Origin: Dendrobates tinctorius
Lineage: Eukaryota
NCBI RefSeq assembly: GCF_039654945.1
Contig: NW_027361775.1
Location: forward strand, 12,400,001 to 12,464,000
Length of the DNA: 64,000 nt
Direction of reading: 5' to 3'
Part shown: one piece after another, positions 1 through 12,009 of the stretch
Numbering within the stretch: position 1 is the first letter of the stretch
How the letters are laid out: every line of letters begins with the position of its first letter
Made by a program: the position numbers and the translations under genes
The notes under the pieces: model-generated
The model's input: the letters and a program-made list of their open reading frames with translations, nothing else
Database searches by the model: none
What the model was told of the DNA's origin: nothing

Positions 1-2687
1 CAGCCGCGGGAGGGATGGAGAGGACCGAAACCACGCTCATAGGAACCAACATGCTGGATTAACTTACAGGGAAGGAAACATTAAAAAGGTTTTTGGGGGG
101 TATACAGGAACAGTAAGGGGATTATATAAGCATATATGGAATGCAGCATAGGTGCTGAATAACGTGATAGCTTTAGTTGACAAATGACAAAACTGGTGAC
201 AGATTCCCATTAATATAATTGGAGAAATGACTCCCCCAACATAAAGATTCATATTCGTTACTTTAGAATTCGTGAGCACTGAGCATGCTAAATTTGGCAT
301 GCTTTTAATTTTGCTGTGCATGTCTGCATGTCATGGTAATCTAGCTGATGGAGGAGTGTGTGTCATAGTGACATGTGCCCTAAAGACGAAAAAGTTTTGA
401 ATTCAGATTTTTGCAATATTTGAGCACAATTCAATTTCACTCTGATGTTTTTGTTAATTTCTAACATGTTACCTTGTTAATTTATCTTTTTTTAAATATG
501 ACACATCAGGTTATGTGTACTAGAGCTGAGCGAATAAATTGGAGGGGAATTTAATTCCACTGAAATTTTGCAAAAATCCTCATTCGCCAAAATTGTAATT
601 AGCTTGTGTGCAAAATCAGTAAAATAGTGGCTGCTGGTTGCCATTTTGATTAACCAGAGTGAGTCATCCAAATGTTAAAAGATTTTTAAAAAATTAAAAA
701 ATTCTACTCCCCTTGCTTCTGACCTCTCTGGCCCATACGCTACTCATGGCCATCAATCCAGTCCTCCATGGAAACTTTGTATCTTCTGCACTGTGCCTGG
801 ATGTCTACGTCTCATGGCACCTGGGAGGGTTTTGCACATGAGCAAGGGAGGTCATTGTCATCATAACATTACAATGTACTTCGTGACTCCTGCTTCTGTG
901 TGCGGGGATTTTTTGGTCATGCACCGGAGAGTCACTGTGACCTCCAGTGTGCGCACTGATAAGCTGCTCTCCCCCACTTCCTCTCTTAAAAGTCATCGTT
1001 AGGAACCATGTGTACACAGTGATGGAGGAAGTGGGGAGAGCACCTTATTGGCATGCACACCGGAGGTCACTGGAGTGGATGTCGACAGTGCCTGCACAGA
1101 AGATCCTGAATACAATGCCCATAAAAGGGAGGATGAGGTATGTACTTCTGAGGGACAGCAGGGTGCATGCACAAGATTCCAGTGCCATGCATGAAAGGGG
1201 GGTAGTATTACAATGAGGAGAGGAGCCAGGGATTTCTTCCAGGCACCACACACCACGGAGCCTGGAAGTAATCTTTAGCATAAAGACAGAATATAACATT
1301 TTTCCACAACAAGACCTTTAATATGATTTATACAGATAAGACTAGTGTAACATTTCTATTACCTGTAAGCCAATATTAATAGGTCATATACATCCCGGGG
1401 GTAACAGATTCCCTTTCAGGATTATCTTACCTTGCAGAGTGATGGGCAGTACTAGGATCATTACAGATCAGCAGTATCCAGTGTAGCACAGTTTGTATGG
1501 CTGAGTCATTTTCCATCTTCAGAGTCACTTGGTAAATCTCCTCTGTAAAAGTGTGTAAGCTATTACGTTCAGTGGTGTCCTCTTTCTCCTACCAGCTCTT
1601 ATAGTCAGCAGTGTCCTCTCTCTTTCTCACCTGCCAAGTTTAAGTTCTTATGGTCAGCGGGATCTTTTCTTTCTTTATGTCTGTAAAGCATAATAACTTC
1701 TAGTCAGCGGGGTTCTCTCAATCTCTCTTTTCTCCCACACATGTATTGTGTACGTTTTGCATTTATTCAAAAATAATCAAATTTTGGAAGAAAATTCAGC
1801 AAATTCAGCAAAGTATTTGAAAAGTTAAACATGAGATCAATCTTCTCCAAAGTTAGAGAAGTACTGAACTTTCAGAAGAAAATTATATATAGGAAAATTG
1901 ATGAGTAAATTGCTGTAATTTTTTTCTCATCAAGGTTATAATATATTATTTAATACAATGATTTTTTTATTGTTAAATTTCCATTTTTTGCAACAAGCTT
2001 TGCATCCAACGTGCATCATATTCTTCACAGCTGCTTTATTAAATAGCCTTTTTTGTAATGTAATACAATTTAAGGCATTAAGCAATTATAGTAAGAGTAG
2101 CATGCTACTTGCTCCTATTAACATGTAGTCAAACCTGAACAAAAAACTGTATGATATATATACAAAGGTCCCAATGAATTATAGACTGAGTACAAAGTTG
2201 AGTTGGTAGATCTTCTTTACAAAAGATGACACCATCATTGAAAATCTGACAAGGTAAAATGTTTTCCTAAATCTACAGTACATTGAATGAATTGCAACAG
2301 CTTTTCACCTGCGGTTAAAATAATAGATTAAAGGTTATATTGAAAATCGGAGTCGTTTTATGAAAGCTAAAAAATGTTTCAAATATCTGCACTGATGTGT
2401 CATACACATTTAAAGAAGCGAACTGTAATGGTGAAAAAGGAGAAAGGAAAGTATACATATAAATTAAAATTAAAATATTGGTATAAGAGAATAGATAATA
2501 GTCATCTGTTATTTGTATGTGCATATTTTTTCTAAATAATTCTTGCCACTCATAATAAAAGTAAATTCTGAAAAATGTAGGTCTCAGACTGGTACAAATA
2601 TTATATATAACTAATTTAATAAATGCCAAGGGAGCCATTTCAAATACTGCTGACCATCAGGAGGTTAATCCAAGAAAAATGCATTAA

Positions 2688-2726
2688 CTATGACTAAGGG
2701 AGCACACAGCACGAGAAATGCATCAG
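2688..2726 (+). ncRNA. Heavily decayed hammerhead-like motif (old Penelope pLTR)
   Basis: TGACTAA-GGGAGC-acaca-GCACGA-GAAATGCATC. GAAATGCATC is the CpG-decay product of GAAACGCGTC. Confidence 0.3.
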
Positions 2727-4170
2727 AGTGTTTTTTTCTATCACCAGCTTGTGGATTTAAATTATTTGATACCTATGGAATACATTTTGAAGATTTTATT
2801 TATTTTTTTTGTGGACCGACTTTATTTTTCCCCATAGAATAACATTGGGCCAAGTGCGATCTGATGCTTTGCCTGATTGCACTCAGACAGATAATATGGT
2901 TGCCTGTGCAAACCCTAAGGGTTGCCAAGCTAATATATGCTTTAAATCAAGGATAGTATGGCATCGGATGCCAAATTAAAGCAATTAGTGAAAAAATATC
3001 AAAATTTGGTGCAAGGTTTTTTTGGGAACTATAAAATGAAAAACGGGATGTGTGCGTCTGCCATGCTGAAAATTTACTCTAATGTATAGTAGAAGTATGG
3101 CATAAGTTGCCATTAGAGCATGGTCAGTCCAAAGATGTGTCACATTTGCATCACCATACTCCAGCAGGCTTTTGCTTGAAAAGGCAGTCTTGAGAGATTA
3201 TTATGTTTCAGTAGCCTTTTTTCTGATTTTTTTTAGCTGACAGACAACGTGACATGAGTTTGCATCTGACAAACATCTGGCGCCTTATGATCATTAAGAT
3301 GCACAGGCTGTTACACAATGTTAGTGAATGAGTTTATTTGTTGCACCAGGTATTAGCTTAGACCAAAGCTCATGAAGATGAATTGTAAAATAGCTAAATT
3401 TTGTAAATCTATTTAACTATTTAATAAAAATCTAGCTTGGACAGACTTCTTGGCAATCAGACAATATGTAAGTCAAATGCATGCGATAAACTCACAACAG
3501 TATCTTCGCAGCCTTATTATCCCAATGGCTTTATGTAAAAACACTTCTAATGCATTTACTTAATTGTTGAAATTAAAGTAAACTGCACTAACATGATAAT
3601 AACACACATTATCCATTATGTATTCCGCTATTTTTTTCTTTACAAACTCTTTAAGGCAGACAATATCAAGCCATCGAGAGGTTAAGTCTCAAAATAGAAA
3701 TTGTGAAGAGACGATGCTGGTAACACTTCCAGCCTACACAATGATTCATTCCACTGTTTATACTGATTAGTGCTTCATCTAAACTGCATTCAGAATTCAG
3801 ACCTTTTTTGTATGGGCACAGAGTAGTATTTTGACTGTATATGTAGAAATCTCTTCCTAACTAGCCTTTGTGTAGACAGTGACACTATACTGTAAACACT
3901 GTCATTGTATTGTTCCCAGCCTATATACAAGTATTATACATAAATTGTATGATGTACAATGGCTTAACATTAATTTAACAGATATTTATCTGAACATTAA
4001 GTATTATGCCATATCAGGTGGTTAGCAATATTGCTTTTATGTGAAGTGTTGCATGTCTATCAATATATGGTGTCTCTGGTTTGACTTATATCCTTAGTCA
4101 TGTTTTAACACTAAAGTGGGTCAGAAATTGATTTGCAGTGTGGCCTATGCTCCTATAGATGGCACTAAAG

Positions 4171-5547
4171 TCTGACAAGATATAGAATAAACGGGCACCA
4201 TCCACAATGTCAATTTAGGTGGGATCACCTAGTGCATATAAATGGATTGACATGAAAACACATAAAGAAAGAAAAAGTATATGCACAAAAATAGGGATCA
4301 CCACAAGGATATGATAATCAAAAAGTATCAATTTTATTAATGGACACAACAAACAGACACTTTGTTTAAAAACAATTAAAAAGTCTGAACAACCAGACAC
4401 TGATAACAAAACAAAGACAATGGGTCATTTTGATAAATAGTTAAATACTATGGGTCCCAAGGCCAACCATTCAGTATAATGCCAGGTATCTGCTAGTTAC
4501 CATTACCTAGGGTCTATCAAATCAATTGTAATGACAATCATGACCTTGGATCAAAAATAACATATTATCAATATGAAAAAAAAAAAAAAAAAAGGGTGGT
4601 CTAGACGCTGGCACAACATGACAGTAATAATAAATCTTTTTTGTTCACTCAATATAACAACGCCCAGATTTGATAGCACAATCGTCTTTGTTAGAAGCAT
4701 CATAGTGATAAAGGAAAAATCATATATCTCATCAGTACATTCAAACAGGCACCAAAGCTTAATGCGCTAAAAGCGCTACCATAAGATGATGCATAGTGTG
4801 AATACAGCACTTAGATGTGATAGCACAATTTTCCTACTCAGGGCGTCATAATAATGCAAACTAACAGGGGTACCCCCAAATATTTCAGTCGCAAATAATG
4901 TTCACTATGCCCATAAAGACCTTATTTGAGTAGTCACCAGATTATTCAAATCAGATATAATTGTGAAATTACTAATTGGATAGGTATATATAAAGGATCT
5001 CAACAGAACATTACACTGACCTTGAGAAAGACACATCACTGTGTCGATACGCGTGGGTTTGAGGGTCCCATGTAACCTACCCAGTAGCTTGTTTATCCTC
5101 AGAAACCAGGAGATATCATGCTAGGGAAAGGGACTTGTTAATGTATGTTTATTTGTGTTGGCAACATGATAAGTATTCAATTTTCTATTCATGGCAAATG
5201 TAGAATCTCTATGTAACCATAGTAATTATTGATAATATGGTATTTTTGATCCAAGGTCATGATTGTCATTACAATTGATTTGATAGACCCTAGGTTATGG
5301 TAACTAGCAGATACCTGGCATTATACTGAATGGTTGGCCTTGGGACCCATAGTATTTAACTATTTATCAAAATGACCCATTGTCTTTGTTTTGTTATCAG
5401 TGTCTGGTTGTTCAGACTTTTTAATTGTTTTTAAACAAAGTGTCTGTTTGTTGTGTCCATTAACAAAATTGATACTTTTTGGTTATCATATCCTTGTGGT
5501 GATCCCTATTTGTGTGCATATACTTTTTCTTTCTTTATGTGTTTTCA
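4171..5547. mobile_element. Penelope-like retroelement remnant with inverted pseudo-LTR arms
   Basis: Inverted arms 4252-4573 and 5227-5548 with ~5 mismatches. 17-bp direct repeat TATAGATGGCACTAAAG at 4154-4170 and 5548-5564 (TSD). Extra ~80-bp tail on the left arm. Hammerhead-like motif at 5019-5058. Confidence 0.7.
5019..5058 (+). ncRNA. Variant/degenerate minimal type I hammerhead ribozyme motif (Penelope-associated)
   Basis: ACC-TTGAGAA-A-GACAC-ATCACT-GTGTC-GATA-CGCGT-G-GGT: stem I ACC/GGT, stem II GACAC/GTGTC, palindromic stem III ACGCGT. Core deviates from CUGAnGA/GAAA. Confidence 0.5.
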
Positions 5548-6706
5548 TATAGATGGCACTAAAGAGACATATTTCTTTGTCTCCTGTAGAACACTGATTT
5601 TAAATTTCTTTTTCCTTAAAAGAGTATTCTCATCAGAAACTATTTTTTTCATTATTTCAATTTGAGCCCTCCAAAATGGGAATTGCTCTACGAAGCACCT
5701 TCTGTTCTGCTCTTAAAAGGGAATTTTTTATTCAATTTTGGAGGTGAACTGCTCCAAAACTTACCTAAAAAGTGCTCAGGAAATGTTCAAAAGAATTGTC
5801 ATTAATTTTTATGTTAAAAGTACTGACTTTTTATGTGTTCAGGCTTTTAAGCATCTTGTGGAAAACACTCCATACTTACAATGCAAATCAATTCGAAGGC
5901 TCAAAAGATGCCCGGATAAATTTCAGTAAACGCTGTGGGTTGGATGCTGCGTACATTCACAGCAACCAACCTGCAGCAGCCAAATGTTACAACATAGTGG
6001 ATGGAATTTCAAGAAATCTCATGTCCACTAAGCGTACATCAGCACCCGTGGCTTCCCTGCAAAGAAGGACATGCGGCGTGTCTTTCTAGACTGCAGCATG
6101 TCTATTTATCTTGCAGAGATGCGGGTCTTCGCAAGGTAAATTTCACCTGTACAATGTATTGGACAAGGTTATTCCACACAGTTCAATAAACATATGCGGA
6201 ATCACCTGCCATCAAAAGCCGACAGCGCTTTGGACGTAGCGGACATGTGCTGCGTCCAAAGCGCCACCTAATACTGAACAAGTGGACATACCCAAAGTCT
6301 TTTTAATCACCTTCACTTTAAGAACCACTAGAAGTGTCTTCATTGCTGAATGGATTTAAAAAAAAACTTTTAGAAAATGGCAGAAGAAAGAACATCCCTA
6401 AAAACACAAAAAAATTATAAAAAACTATAGGTGGTCAAAAATGTCAAAAAGCACCCAGGAAAAAAACAAAAAAGAAAAACCTGAAGTAAAGATGCTGAAG
6501 GTTTACAAAATGCCAAGGAACAAGAGGCTTTCCCAAAGTGTTTTCCATTTGAAAAAAAGACATTTACTACTGCCTGAAAAAAAGTTATGCTCTCTAACAC
6601 ATTAATCACTGCAGTAAAATAATCCCAATCATTCCAGTGATCAGAGTAGTAGTCAATAACAGAATAATTTGATCAATTTCATAACACAGATGTTTTTGTC
6701 AGATTA

Positions 6707-7180
6707 GGCCTCTTTCACACTTCCGTTTTTGACAATCAGTCAAGATCCGCCAATTTTGAAAAAAAACGGATCCGCCATTTTTCTTTGCGGATCTGTTTTT
6801 TTCCCCATTGACTTTCATTATTGGCGGAACCTGCCTGATTGCCGTCCGTTGCATCCGTTTTTTTGAGGATCCGCCACGATGCTAGTGTCCGTCAACATCC
6901 TCAAAGATTTCCAAACGGAGCTTGCAACGTTTTTTTCTCCGGCGGATCCTTCAGACACTGAATTAACCCCAAATTCTGTCTGGGTGCCGGAGGAAAAAAT
7001 TCATTCATTCTCTCTCTCTCTCTCCTTCCCCAGCCAGTGTTCCTTTAAATTTCGTCATTTTCAGGATCCGTCTGAAAACGGATCCTGTGCCATCCGTTCA
7101 CATCAGTTGACAACGGATCGGCTTGTCCGCCTTTTTGGCGGATTATAACTGATGCAAAAAACTGAAGTGTGAAAGAGGCC
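6707..7180. mobile_element. PIF/Harbinger-type MITE
   Basis: TIRs GGCCTCTTTCACACTTC / GAAGTGTGAAAGAGGCC. TTA TSD at 6704-6706 and 7181-7183. Internal CGGATCCG motifs. Confidence 0.8.
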
Positions 7181-7263
7181 TTAGGAAAATATATGATTAC
7201 TGAAACTGTCACAACTAGGGATGAGCGAATTGCCTTGGATAAGAGCTTATCACCATAGCTATA

Positions 7264-8865
7264 CAGTGGGGCAAAAAAGTATTTAGTCAGTCAGCAATAG
7301 TGCAAGTTCCACCACTTAAAAAGATGAGAGGCGTCTGTAATTTACATCATAGGTAGACCTCAACTATGGGAGACAAACTGAGAAAAAAAATCCAGAAAAT
7401 CATCTTGTCTGTTTTTTTTTCATTTTATTTGCATATTATGGTGGAAAATAAGTATTTGGTCAGAAACAAAATTTCATCTCAATACTTTGTGATATATCCT
7501 TTGTTGGCAATGACAGAGGTCAAACGTTTTCTGTAAGTCTTCACAAGGTTGCCACACACTGTTGTTGGTATGTTGGCCCATTCCTCCATGCAGATCTCCT
7601 CTAGAGCAGTGATGTTTTTGGCTTTTCGCTTGGCAACACGGACTTTCAACTCCCTCCAAAGGTTTTCTATTGGGTTGAGATCTGGAGACTGGCTAGGCCA
7701 CTCCAGGACCTTGAAATGCTTCTTACGAAGCCACTACTTCGTTGCCCTGGCGGTGTGCTTTGGATCATTGTCATGTTGAAAGACCCAGCCACGTTTCATC
7801 ATCAATGCCCTTGCTGATGGAAGGAGGTTTGCACTCAAAATCTCACGATACATGGCCCCATTCATTCTTTCATGTACCCGGATCAGTCGTCCTGGCCCCT
7901 TTGCAGAGAAACAGCCCCAAAGCATGATGTTTCCACCACCATGCTTTACAGTAGGTATGGTGTTTGATGGATGCAACTCAGTATTCTTTTTCCTCCAAAC
8001 ACGACAAGTTGTGTTTCTACCAAACAGTTCCAGTTTGGTTTCATCAGACCATAGGACATTCTCCCAAAACTCCTCTGGATCATCCAAATGCTCTCTAGCA
8101 AACTTCAGACGGGCCCGGACATGTACAGGCTTAAGCAGTGGGACACGTCTGGCACTGCAGGATCTGAGTCCATGGTGGCGTAGTGTGTTACTTATGGTAG
8201 GCCTTGTTACATTGGTCCCAGCTCTCTGCAGTTCATTCACTAGGTCCCCCCGCGTGGTTTTGGGATTTTTGCTCACCGTTCTTGTGATCATTCTGACCCC
8301 ACAGGGTGGGATTTTGCGTGGAGCACCAGATCGAGGGAGATTATCAGTGGTCTTGTATGTCTTCCATTTTCTAATTATTGCTCCCACAGTTGATTTCTTC
8401 ACTCCAAGCTGGTTGGCTATTGCAGATTCAGTCTTCCCAGCCTGGTGCAGGGCTACAATTTTGTTTCTGGTGTCCTTTGACAGCTCATTGGTCTTCACCA
8501 TAGTGGAGTTTGGAGTCAGACTGTTTGAGGGTGTGCACAGGTGTCTTTTTATACTGATAAGTTTAAACAGGTGCCATTACTACAGGTAATGAGTGGAGGA
8601 AAGAGGAGACTCTTAAAGAAGAAGTTACAGGTCTGTGAGAGCCAGAAATCTTGATTGCTTGTTTCTGACCAAATACTTATTTTCCACCATAATATGCAAA
8701 TAAAATGAAAAAAAAAACAGACAATGTGATTTTCTGGATTTTTTTTCTCAGTTTGTCTCCCATAGTTGAGGTCTACCTATGATGTAAATTACAGACGCCT
8801 CTCATCTTTTTAAGTGGTGGAACTTGCACTATTGCTGACTGACTAAATACTTTTTTGCCCCACTG
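7264..8865 (-). mobile_element. Full-length Tc1 (DD34E, IR/DR-type) DNA transposon
   Basis: ~205-bp near-identical TIRs starting CAGTGGGGCAAAAAAGTATTTAGTCAG. TA TSDs at 7262-7263 and 8866-8867. Inner direct repeat at ~7441-7468. Transposase inside. Confidence 0.97.
7479..8501 (-). pseudogene. Tc1 transposase, 340 codons with one internal TAG (7734-7736)
   Basis: HTH N-terminus, [27 protein letters not shown]. The frame continues past the TAG as [26 protein letters not shown]...KGYITKY*. D-to-E spacing is 34. Confidence 0.95.
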
Positions 8866-10086
8866 TACCTCTTACTGAATAGCTGTATCGGGAACCCGGA
8901 TACCTGGAGCAACACCAAAGATCAGCTGTTCGGCACTGCAGCTGCATGTGTAGTGGCTGTTTCACTGTCACAACACATGTGTGGAGAGCCCAACAAACAG
9001 TCCACAGCATAGTAATCCATAGAAGTATGGGGGGCTCCCTGCTTTCGCAAAATGTCAGTGGATAACCCGCAACACTGAACACCCACAGCATTTCACATTC
9101 AAACATGCCATCATGTGTGTATATTTGTATGTTTGGAATTTTTCATTACCTCTATTCGTATTACCTTGTTTGTCTGGTTGATGTATTACGGTGCTCTACT
9201 ACTCCACTCTTCCCTTTGTGAAGGAAGAGTACAGACTGAGGGGAAATTCAGGAGCAAAGGCAAGGTTCATGGCACAGGCATCTTGACCTTCAGATGCAAT
9301 CTGGGGAACAGGGTGAGCTAGTGTGCCCCTAGCGTTACGGTCAGAAAATGAGCCCCTTGTCCCGGAACACCTGACAACAGAGTCATGACACTAAGTGTTC
9401 CCTAACCATCTCTCTGTTTATGGATAGTGTGGATTGTTTTATTCCTTCGATAGCACTGCAAAGATCAGTTGATGTTGCAATTGTTTTCTTAGAGAACACA
9501 GATGCAAAAGAGGAATATGAAATCGTCAAGAACTATCAAGACTGAGCCAAGAAATATCTGAAGACAGATTTTACAAAGGTTTTATGGAATGATGATATGA
9601 GAGTGATTCTTGATGAACCAGATGTATGGCTGAATCAGTAACAAACACAGAACTCCACTTTAACTCAGACACTAGCAAGATAACAGTGAGGTACTGATAT
9701 GAGCAGGTATTATTAAAAATGAGCTAGTTGGACCTTTTCAGATTGAGATTAATTCAAAATCAACTCCCAAAGCTACTACAAGTTTTTCGAAGACACATTC
9801 TTCAAGCAGTGATAAAGCAAAAGTCTGCATCTTTCAGGAACACCATGATTTTTATCAGAACAATGCTCCATTGCATGTATCAAAATACTCCACTGCTTGG
9901 CTAGCCAGTAAAGGTCTTAAATTTGAAAGGATAATAACATGGCCCCCTTTCTCAACTGATCTAAACTTTACTTTCTTTTATGGGCCCTCATTAAGCATTA
10001 AATTTACATTAAAGATAAACAGTACACTTCTCCGAACAGTGTCTAGGAAGCCGTAGTTGGTGTTGCCCAAAAAGTTGATTGCCAGC

Positions 10087-11125
10087 TGGTGTTGAGTGAT
10101 ACCTTCCGATATCGGGAAATATCGGATCGGATTGGATCGGACCGATACCCCAAAAATATCGGGTATCGCCGATTCCGATACCAAAAACCCATGCAAGTCA
10201 ATGGGGCACAAATATCGGAATGAAAATATACCCTTTCTTTCCTTGCACATCCAGTTCGGGAGGGGGGAAAAGTGTGGGCGGTGCGTGGGCAGAGACTGTG
10301 CGTGTGTGTGTGCGGGCGGGGTCTGTACGGGCCTCTCGGGGGTCTGTGCGGGCCTGCCGGAGGTCTGTGCGGGCCTGCCAGAGGTCTGTGCGGGCCTGCT
10401 GGGAGTCTGTGCGGGCTGCCGGGGGTCTGTGTGGGCCTGCCGGGGGTCTGTGCGGCCCTGCCGGGGGTCTGTGTGGGCCTGCCGGGGGTATGTAGCATGT
10501 ATGTAGTATGCAGTATGTATGTTTGTTGTATGAATGTAGTATATATGTAGTATGTATGTAGTATGCATGTATGTATGTTGTATGAATGTAGTATATATGT
10601 AGTATGTATGTATTATGCAGTATGTATGTATGTTGTATGAATGTAGTATATATGTAGTATGAATGTAGTATGTAGTATGTATGTATGTTGTATGAATGTA
10701 GTATATATGTAGTATGTATGTATGCCCGCACAGACCCCCGGCAGGCCTGCACAGACCCCCTGCAGCCCGCACAGACCCCCGTCAGGCCCGTGCAGACCCC
10801 TGACAGCCCGCACAGACCCCCAGCAGGCCCGCACAGACCCCCGGCAGCCCACACAGATCCCCGGCAGGCCCATACAGACCCCCGGCAGGCCCGCACGGAC
10901 CCCCGGCAGGCCCGCACAGACCGCGCATCATGATGACATCATTTCAGCAGTCAATCACAGCCATGCCATTAGTTAACATGGCTAACACAACTAGCTCATT
11001 GCATTATGGGAACTTCCGATTCCGGTATTCGATATTGTAAAAATATCGGAACTCGGTATCGGAACTCCGATACAGCGAATTTCGGCCGATACCCGATATT
11101 TGCAGTATCGGAATGCTCAACACTA
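10087..11125. mobile_element. Non-autonomous hAT-type element with internal palindromic minisatellites
   Basis: Termini TGGTGTTGAG / CTCAACACTA. 8-bp TSD TTGCCAGC at 10079-10086 and 11126-11133. Subterminal CCGATA/TATCGG motif clusters. Confidence 0.85.
10316..10922. repeat. Composite palindromic minisatellite
   Basis: (GGGGGTCTGTGCGGGCCTGCC)n at 10316-10488, (TATG/TAGTATG)n at 10489-10723, and the reverse-complement GC array at 10724-10922. Confidence 0.9.
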
Positions 11126-12009
11126 TTGCCAGCAGATTAAGAAACTGTAGACTTTATGGATGGAAGGCTCATGACTGTTATTGAAAAGAAGGGTGGTTAT
11201 GTTGGTCACTGATTTTTTTTAGAATGTCAGAAACTAATTTTTGTACATTTTGAGTTGCTTGGTTAATTTTGAAAATTAACATTTGAGATGAGAAAATTTA
11301 AGTTTTTCTATTACTCTAATACTTGCCCAATAATTATGCACACATAAATATTCTCCTAAGAAAGGCAAAACCCCATTTTTGCTTTCTTAGATATTCTGTA
11401 TTTAGCTTTATTAACCTTTTTGATCAAACAACAGCACCGCAGTTGTTCAATAATAAAACGAAACATAAAAAAATACTAATTGCCTAATAATTGTGCACAC
11501 CTAAATAATGTTTATCGCACCACACTGCTCAATTTAAAGGAACAATACTCAGTTTCGCAAGCTGAAAATACTTCTTATTGGTCACATATAAATAGGAATG
11601 CAGGAAAGTTTAAAGTCTAATGTCAAATACATCTTAGGTTTTATTGAACCAAGGGAAAAAGTAAAGATGGACATGTATGTTGAAATAGTGAGCAGTGTGT
11701 ACTAAGCTCCATTTAGAGGCGATTGACTATCATTTGTATTTTAAGCTTGTCACAGGAGTCCTTTGAAGTTTTACAAATTTTGCAATATTTGAGACTTGCA
11801 TTTTTTTAAAATATCGCACAGAATGTGTCAAACTCACTCTGGTACAGAGGTGGCATAACAAGTGGAAAGTGCATTCTAAATATAAGTCTTACAAAAAAAG
11901 CTTAGAGATAAGCTGATCATACAAAATTCAAATTTGCCAAATCGCATGGATTTTCCCAGGAAATTTGATTTGCAGAGAAATCTCCACAAATTAAAAAATG
12001 GACGTGAAT

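Larger units (their letters stand above)
9480..11500 (+). mobile_element. Degenerate Tc1/mariner relic, probably DD37E (TRT-like), split by a hAT MITE
   Basis: Decayed motifs KKYLKTDFTKVLW-D and NAPLHVSKYSTAWLASKGLK..ITWPP..DLN. Terminal repeat remnant TGCCTAATAATTGTGCACAC at ~11481-11500. Left boundary approximate. Confidence 0.7.

Noticed and set aside
2210-2253. Possible 44-nt exon ending in AAG/GTAAAA
   Set aside because: Weak acceptor and no recognisable protein. Cannot be supported from sequence alone.
7852-8589. 245-aa plus-strand ORF (also 21560-22219, 219 aa)
   Set aside because: Antisense shadows of Tc1 transposases with no recognisable domain.
9217-9390. Short TG..CA segment ending GTCATGACA as a solo LTR
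   Set aside because: Only ~170 bp with no TSD. May be an LTR remnant but boundaries are unsupported.
9978-10976. Cluster of long overlapping ORFs up to 264 aa
   Set aside because: Translations of stop-poor minisatellites, low complexity.
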